Part shown: positions 59,705 to 64,000 of the stretch, one piece after another
Layout of the letters: each line of letters opens with the position of its first letter
Numbering within the stretch: the first letter of the stretch is position 1
Assembly: GCA_025999155.1 (NCBI GenBank)
Contig: AP026679.1
Location: forward strand, 17,408 to 81,407
Direction: 5' to 3'
DNA from: Candidatus Dojkabacteria bacterium
GTDB taxonomy: Bacteria; Patescibacteriota; Dojkabacteria; JAOAGR01
Length of the DNA: 64,000 bases
Made by a program: the position numbers and the translations under genes
Notes under the pieces: model-generated
What the model was told of the DNA's origin: nothing
The model's database searches: none
The model's input: the letters and a program-made list of their open reading frames with translations, nothing else

Positions 59705-61348
59705 ATGGCAAAGAAAGTATACGTTGGTGAGAAAGCAAAAAAGGGAATTCGCAAGGGGGTAGACCTTATTGCGAAGGCCGTCAGAGTAACTCTTGGGCCA
59801 AGAGGTCGATATGTTGGTATACATAAGACCTACGGTGCCCAACATATGACAAAAGATGGGGTGACTGTTGCAAAAGAAATTGAGTCAGCCCATCCGTTAG
59901 TTGATTTCGCAATAAAAACAATACGGGAGGCATCTTCAAAAACAGCTGACCAAGCTGGTGATGGTACTACGACCGCAACAGTTTTGGCTCAGGCAATTTA
60001 TAACTATGGACAAAAATATATTACTGCCGGTGCTAATGCTGTTAGTATTCAAAGAGGTTTGCATAAAGTTGCAGAGGCTATCAAAGATTATCTTGCTGAA
60101 AAAGCTATACAGATAACAGATCAAGATATTGAACAATTGACAAGGGTAGCAACTATTTCTGCCAATAACGATAAGGAAATGGGGGAGAAAATCGCAGAAG
60201 TAATTTCAAAAGTTGGTAAAGAAGGAGTGGTAACTGTGGAAGAATATCAAGGTACTGGATTAGTCATAGAATATGTTGAAGGAATGCAAATAGACAGAGG
60301 TTATATTTCTCCTTATTTTGTAACAGATTCAGCTCGCATGGAGGCTGTGATCGACAACCCGTACATCCTTGTAACTGACCAAAAGATTTCTTCTATTAAA
60401 ACCATTCTTCCAATTATTGAAAAAATAATGGAAGCCGGTTCGAAAGATTTAGTTATAGTTGCAGAAGATGTAGATGGAGAGGGTTTGACGAATTTAGTAG
60501 TCAATAAATTAAGGGGTGTAATCAACGTTTGTGCTGTGAAAGCTCCCGGCTTTGGAGATAGAAAGAAAGAATTATTACAAGACATAGCTGTCTTAACTGG
60601 AGCAAACGTAATTTCTGAGGAATTGGGTCGGAAATTAGATGATAGTGTTGGATTAGAAGATTTGGGACGAGTACGAAGATTTGTTGCAAATAAAGATAAT
60701 TCGACATTTGTTGAGGGTAAAGGTCGAAAAGAAGCTATAGAAGACAGGATAAGTCAAATCAAGAGTGCTTTGGAGGTTACCACTTCTGATTATGATCGGG
60801 AAAAATTACAAGAAAGGCTTGCAAAATTGACCGGGGGTGTTGCTGTGGTCAAAGTGGGAGCACCAACTGAAGTTGAGATGAAGGAGATCAAAGACAGGTT
60901 AGATGACGCAATTCAAGCTACTAAAGCAGCACTAGATGGTGGTATAGTACCAGGTGGTGGTGTTGCTTATGCTAATGCTGTCGCAGTTTTAGATAATATT
61001 GAATTAAACGATGACGAACTATTCGCCCGGGATATTATGCGAAAAGCATTGAGAGAGCCAATGCTTCAGATTTTAAGAAATGCTGGATATGAAAGTCCAG
61101 AAAAGATGTTGGCTGATTGTGAAGAAAAGGGTGAAGGGTATGGATGTAATGCACTCACTCGTGAGAATGTGATCAATATGGTTGAAGCTGGTATCATTGA
61201 TCCTGCTAAAGTGGTGCGTGAAGCCGTAGAAAATGCTGTTTCTGTTGCAGGACAGTTGCTCGCTACTGAGGTTGTAATCGTTGATGTTCCGGATAAGGAA
61301 AATAAAGCAAGAGGAGGTAGTGCAGAAGACGACCTTGATATGATGTAA
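59705..61348 (+). CDS. groEL: chaperonin GroEL
   Basis: 547 aa with canonical GroEL blocks (AKAVRVTLGPRGR, DGTTTATVLA, GGGVAYAN). The C-terminus is GGSAEDDLDMM rather than a GGM repeat. Confidence 0.95.
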   Translation: MAKKVYVGEKAKKGIRKGVDLIAKAVRVTLGPRGRYVGIHKTYGAQHMTKDGVTVAKEIESAHPLVDFAIKTIREASSKTADQAGDGTTTATVLAQAIYNYGQKYITAGANAVSIQRGLHKVAEAIKDYLAEKAIQITDQDIEQLTRVATISANNDKEMGEKIAEVISKVGKEGVVTVEEYQGTGLVIEYVEGMQIDRGYISPYFVTDSARMEAVIDNPYILVTDQKISSIKTILPIIEKIMEAGSKDLVIVAEDVDGEGLTNLVVNKLRGVINVCAVKAPGFGDRKKELLQDIAVLTGANVISEELGRKLDDSVGLEDLGRVRRFVANKDNSTFVEGKGRKEAIEDRISQIKSALEVTTSDYDREKLQERLAKLTGGVAVVKVGAPTEVEMKEIKDRLDDAIQATKAALDGGIVPGGGVAYANAVAVLDNIELNDDELFARDIMRKALREPMLQILRNAGYESPEKMLADCEEKGEGYGCNALTRENVINMVEAGIIDPAKVVREAVENAVSVAGQLLATEVVIVDVPDKENKARGGSAEDDLDMM

Positions 61349-61388
61349 TACATGATGATTGGATAAATGTTATAGAAAAACCAAAAAA

Positions 61389-61418
61389 GGCCGATAACTT
61401 AGTTATCGGCCTTTTTTT
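61389..61418 (+). terminator. Rho-independent terminator after groEL
   Basis: 10-bp perfect stem (GGCCGATAAC / GTTATCGGCC) with a 3-nt loop, followed by T7. Confidence 0.85.
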
Positions 61419-61450
61419 ATCAAACAATTGAATCGTGATAAAATTAAACT

Positions 61451-63025
61451 ATGAAAATTTACTTTATCGCTATATGTGGTAAGGGGTCAGGTAACCTTGC
61501 TGTGTTTTTAAAGCAACAGGGACATGAAGTTTACGGTTCTGAATATTCAGAGAAGACTTTTTATCCTCCTATTGCAGATTTGATAAGAGAAAACCGTATT
61601 CCAGTAGATTTCGGCTTTGATCCTGATAAAATTACTCCTGATATTGATTTAGTAATTCTTGGTGGCGCAGCTTTGATACATGACAAGAATAATCCTCAAG
61701 TAAAAAGAGCCAAGGAGCTTGGTATCGAGGTTATAACTACTGCTAGAGGGATTGGTCGTTTTATTTCAAAAGACAATCATATTTCTGTTGTCGGTAACCA
61801 TGGTAAGACTACTACCACTGCGCTTATCGCAAAGACTCTAATGTCATGCAATGAAGATGTTTCGTATTTCATAGGAGAGGCACCCTTTGAGTTTGCTAAT
61901 TCAATTTATTCGGGGACATCATCATGGTCAGTAGCAGAGGGGGATGAGCATCCATCTCTTGGGCAAGAGGAAGGAGGCAAGTTTTTATATCATAAGCCTA
62001 AGCACGTAGTTTTTATTTCTGCCGATTGGGATCATAAGAACGTTTATCGGACATTGCAATCATACTTGGATGCGTATATTCAACTTATGAGGATTCTGCC
62101 TTCTGATGGCAGGGTCATAGCTTGTTTGGACGGTATGAACGTCTGTGAGGTTTTACAACAATCTGGTATCTCAAATCTTATGACTTTCTATACCATCAGT
62201 GAACTAAAGAATATGGTAGGTGGTATAGAACCAAGCGTATTAGAGCATAATATAGAAATACTCGTGGAAGAGTACAAAAACCGTTTTCCGGATCTTTTTA
62301 TGCAGGCGGATTACGTATATTATATCGGCGAAGTCGATTATAGATGGATGCCTGATTCTATACGTTTCCTAGTCAAAAGATATGACCTTAATACAAGAAA
62401 TAAAGAAAAAATAGGCTACTTTGAAACTCATCTAATTGGACAAATTGGACTAGAAAATTCATTAGCTACCATTGCGACTCTTTTAACACTAGGTTTTGAT
62501 ACTGAATGTGTTAAAAAAGGTGTAGGCGAGTTTAAGGGAGTGAGGAGAAGATTAGAAATGATTTATGACAGGGAGTATAAAGTGATAAATGATTTTGCTC
62601 ATTCACCTATAAAAATCAAAAGGACACTTCAATCAGTACGTACGAAATTTTACGATAGAAAAATATTCGTGATTTTTCAGGTTGGCCAATCTGCTCTGAA
62701 AGAAAAACGTACTTTTTACGAGTTGAAAAATGTGTTTAATCTTGCTGACTATGTAATCATTCCTCGAGTTATGCCTGATGTAAATTCTCCAGAACAATTT
62801 TTTGGGAAGGATTACCGAGATCTCATAAAAGAGGGAGCTTCAGAAGAGCAAATTTTTTTAAAGCCTCAAAACGTATTTTATACACCGCTTGCTACACACT
62901 TGAAAAGTGTGTTAGAAAATAACTTGGAACACAATGATGTTATAGTGATAATGAGTAGCACTGATAATACTGAAATCATTGAGTTAGTTAAGGGGTTGCA
63001 AGTTAAATCACTACCGATAAATTAA
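61451..63025 (+). CDS. Mur ligase, MurC/Mpl-like (UDP-N-acetylmuramate--L-alanine ligase family)
   Basis: N-terminal Rossmann-like MurC pattern (IYFIAICGKGSGNLA), ATP-binding VVGNHGKTTTTALIA, and SADWDH block. MurC versus Mpl cannot be decided by eye. Confidence 0.7.
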   Translation: MKIYFIAICGKGSGNLAVFLKQQGHEVYGSEYSEKTFYPPIADLIRENRIPVDFGFDPDKITPDIDLVILGGAALIHDKNNPQVKRAKELGIEVITTARGIGRFISKDNHISVVGNHGKTTTTALIAKTLMSCNEDVSYFIGEAPFEFANSIYSGTSSWSVAEGDEHPSLGQEEGGKFLYHKPKHVVFISADWDHKNVYRTLQSYLDAYIQLMRILPSDGRVIACLDGMNVCEVLQQSGISNLMTFYTISELKNMVGGIEPSVLEHNIEILVEEYKNRFPDLFMQADYVYYIGEVDYRWMPDSIRFLVKRYDLNTRNKEKIGYFETHLIGQIGLENSLATIATLLTLGFDTECVKKGVGEFKGVRRRLEMIYDREYKVINDFAHSPIKIKRTLQSVRTKFYDRKIFVIFQVGQSALKEKRTFYELKNVFNLADYVIIPRVMPDVNSPEQFFGKDYRDLIKEGASEEQIFLKPQNVFYTPLATHLKSVLENNLEHNDVIVIMSSTDNTEIIELVKGLQVKSLPIN

Positions 63026-63059
63026 AGACATGATATAATTTTACGAAATTATTTAAATT

Positions 63060-64000
63060 ATGCTAACTTTTAACTTTGACCCTTATCTTCAAGTTTTACC
63101 TAATTTTATTATTGCTTTTTTTATGGGTCTACTTTTGACTCCTATTTTGCGGTTTATTGGGCTAAAATTCGGGTTTGCTACCTTGCCTGCTTCTCAATCG
63201 CGTCCAGATGAAAGAGGCAACAATGTCAAGCTGCATAAAATTACGATTTCAAGACTGGGTGAATTTGCAATGGTCATTCCCTTGATTATTCTCATGTGGC
63301 GTGATCTTAATTTTGATTCTCCTCAAATTTTCGGTATTACCCTTTCAATTATTTTCATAGCAGTTATCGGAGCACTTGACTCAAAATATGATCTATCTGA
63401 GTTTGTAAAGCTTTTTGCTTTATTTTTTTCATCTGTGATATTAGTTTTTACTGGAACAATCATAGATATACATTCGATTATCGATTTGAGACAGTATGAT
63501 ATTCTTATTAATAATCCTATTACCTTAGAAAAACTATCGATAATATCAGCTTTTGCGACAATACTATGGATATGTATTGTTTCTACAGCATTAAGTTATG
63601 TTGGGGGAGTTGATGGGCTTTCTGAAGGAACTTCTGCAATAGCCATTTTAATGCTGACTCTGATCGGAATTAGAAATGGAGATACAGTCACAATCGTAAT
63701 AGGCTCTTTGTGTCTAGGGGGGCTGTGTGGTCTGATACCTTACAACTTTTACCCAAAAACTATAATGTCGGAACATTTGATTTATGGGTTGGTGATCGCT
63801 ATTTTAGCTATCATTACAAAAGGCAAAATTGCAACGAGTTTGCTGATAATAACTATTCCCCTAATTGATTTTATTTTTGTATTTGTTGATCGTAGTATTA
63901 GATACTTCAAATCGAACCAAAATACAATTAGCATCAAAGCATATTTGCATGCTTTGGGAACACCAGAAAAAAACCATTTGCATCATAAATTATTACAATT
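63060..64000 (+). CDS. GT4-family polyprenyl-phosphate sugar-phosphate transferase, MraY/WecA-like (3'-partial at window edge)
   Basis: My own translation from the ATG at 63060 is open to the window end. It has multiple TM helices plus the VGGVDGLSEG, LCLGGLCG and HLHHKLL motifs characteristic of the MraY/WecA family. It is not in the supplied ORF track because it is truncated by the window edge. Confidence 0.65.
   Translation, partial: MLTFNFDPYLQVLPNFIIAFFMGLLLTPILRFIGLKFGFATLPASQSRPDERGNNVKLHKITISRLGEFAMVIPLIILMWRDLNFDSPQIFGITLSIIFIAVIGALDSKYDLSEFVKLFALFFSSVILVFTGTIIDIHSIIDLRQYDILINNPITLEKLSIISAFATILWICIVSTALSYVGGVDGLSEGTSAIAILMLTLIGIRNGDTVTIVIGSLCLGGLCGLIPYNFYPKTIMSEHLIYGLVIAILAIITKGKIATSLLIITIPLIDFIFVFVDRSIRYFKSNQNTISIKAYLHALGTPEKNHLHHKLLQ

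Noticed and set aside
1-64000. CRISPR arrays, integrases, transposases, rRNA genes
   Set aside because: No intergenic region exceeds about 270 nt, none shows regularly spaced direct repeats, and no ORF carries integrase, transposase or Cas motifs.

Overview
This 64 kb window is AT-rich (roughly two-thirds A+T by eye) and densely packed with genes, with short intergenic gaps. It reads as a bacterial chromosome from a small-genome lineage, plausibly Patescibacteria/CPR-like. Supporting traits: a trigger factor that appears to lack the PPIase domain, a scattered dcw cluster, many tail-anchored or secreted hypothetical proteins, and an FtsI carrying an insertion. Most of the coding capacity is core housekeeping:
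- Cell envelope and division: mraZ-rsmH-ftsL-ftsI, a VanY-like M15 peptidase, mltG, a SEDS FtsW/RodA protein, a MurC-like ligase and a 3'-partial MraY-like gene.
- DNA and translation: uvrA, recJ, holA, parB and an unlinked parA; argS, gltX, prfB (one intact ORF, no frameshift), ychF, tsaD, rsmE, a Dus, and gmk.
- Fe-S assembly and chaperones: sufC-sufB, a SufU/IscU scaffold, a DUF59 protein; dnaK and groES-groEL.
- Other: gpmI, trxA, tig-secG, an orphan family-5 solute-binding protein, and a duplicated FtsX-type permease (open to the 5' window edge) with a partner ABC ATPase.

I found two tRNAs, tRNA-Met/Ile2(CAU) at 44042-44118 and tRNA-Gly(UCC) at 45728-45804, and two clear intrinsic terminators after dnaK and after groEL. 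I found no CRISPR array, integrase, transposase or rRNA. A standard genetic code is inferred, because RF2 is present and ORFs are intact.

The accessory-looking pockets are:
1. 51.6-55.7 kb: a PrgI/VirB3-like membrane hairpin fused to carboxypeptidase-regulatory-like beta domains, then a stand-alone VirB4 N-terminal-domain-like protein with no ATPase domain, then a large ATP-grasp enzyme. This is the most unusual locus.
2. A shared imperfect inverted repeat, TTGGCAGA-N10/11-TCTGCyAr, upstream of both dnaK and groES. It looks like a divergent CIRCE-like operator.
3. 22.4-28.2 kb: a glycosyltransferase cluster (three GT2, one GT1/GT4, a wHTH protein and a Zn-ribbon membrane protein).
4. 45.8-47.9 kb: a block flanked by tRNA-Gly holding a DEDDy-like exonuclease and two membrane or tail-anchored hypothetical proteins.
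5. Several enzymes with substitutions at normally invariant motifs: the ABC ATPase signature and H-loop, and the Gmk P-loop.

All functional calls come from motif-level reading of the translated ORFs without database searches, and confidences reflect that.
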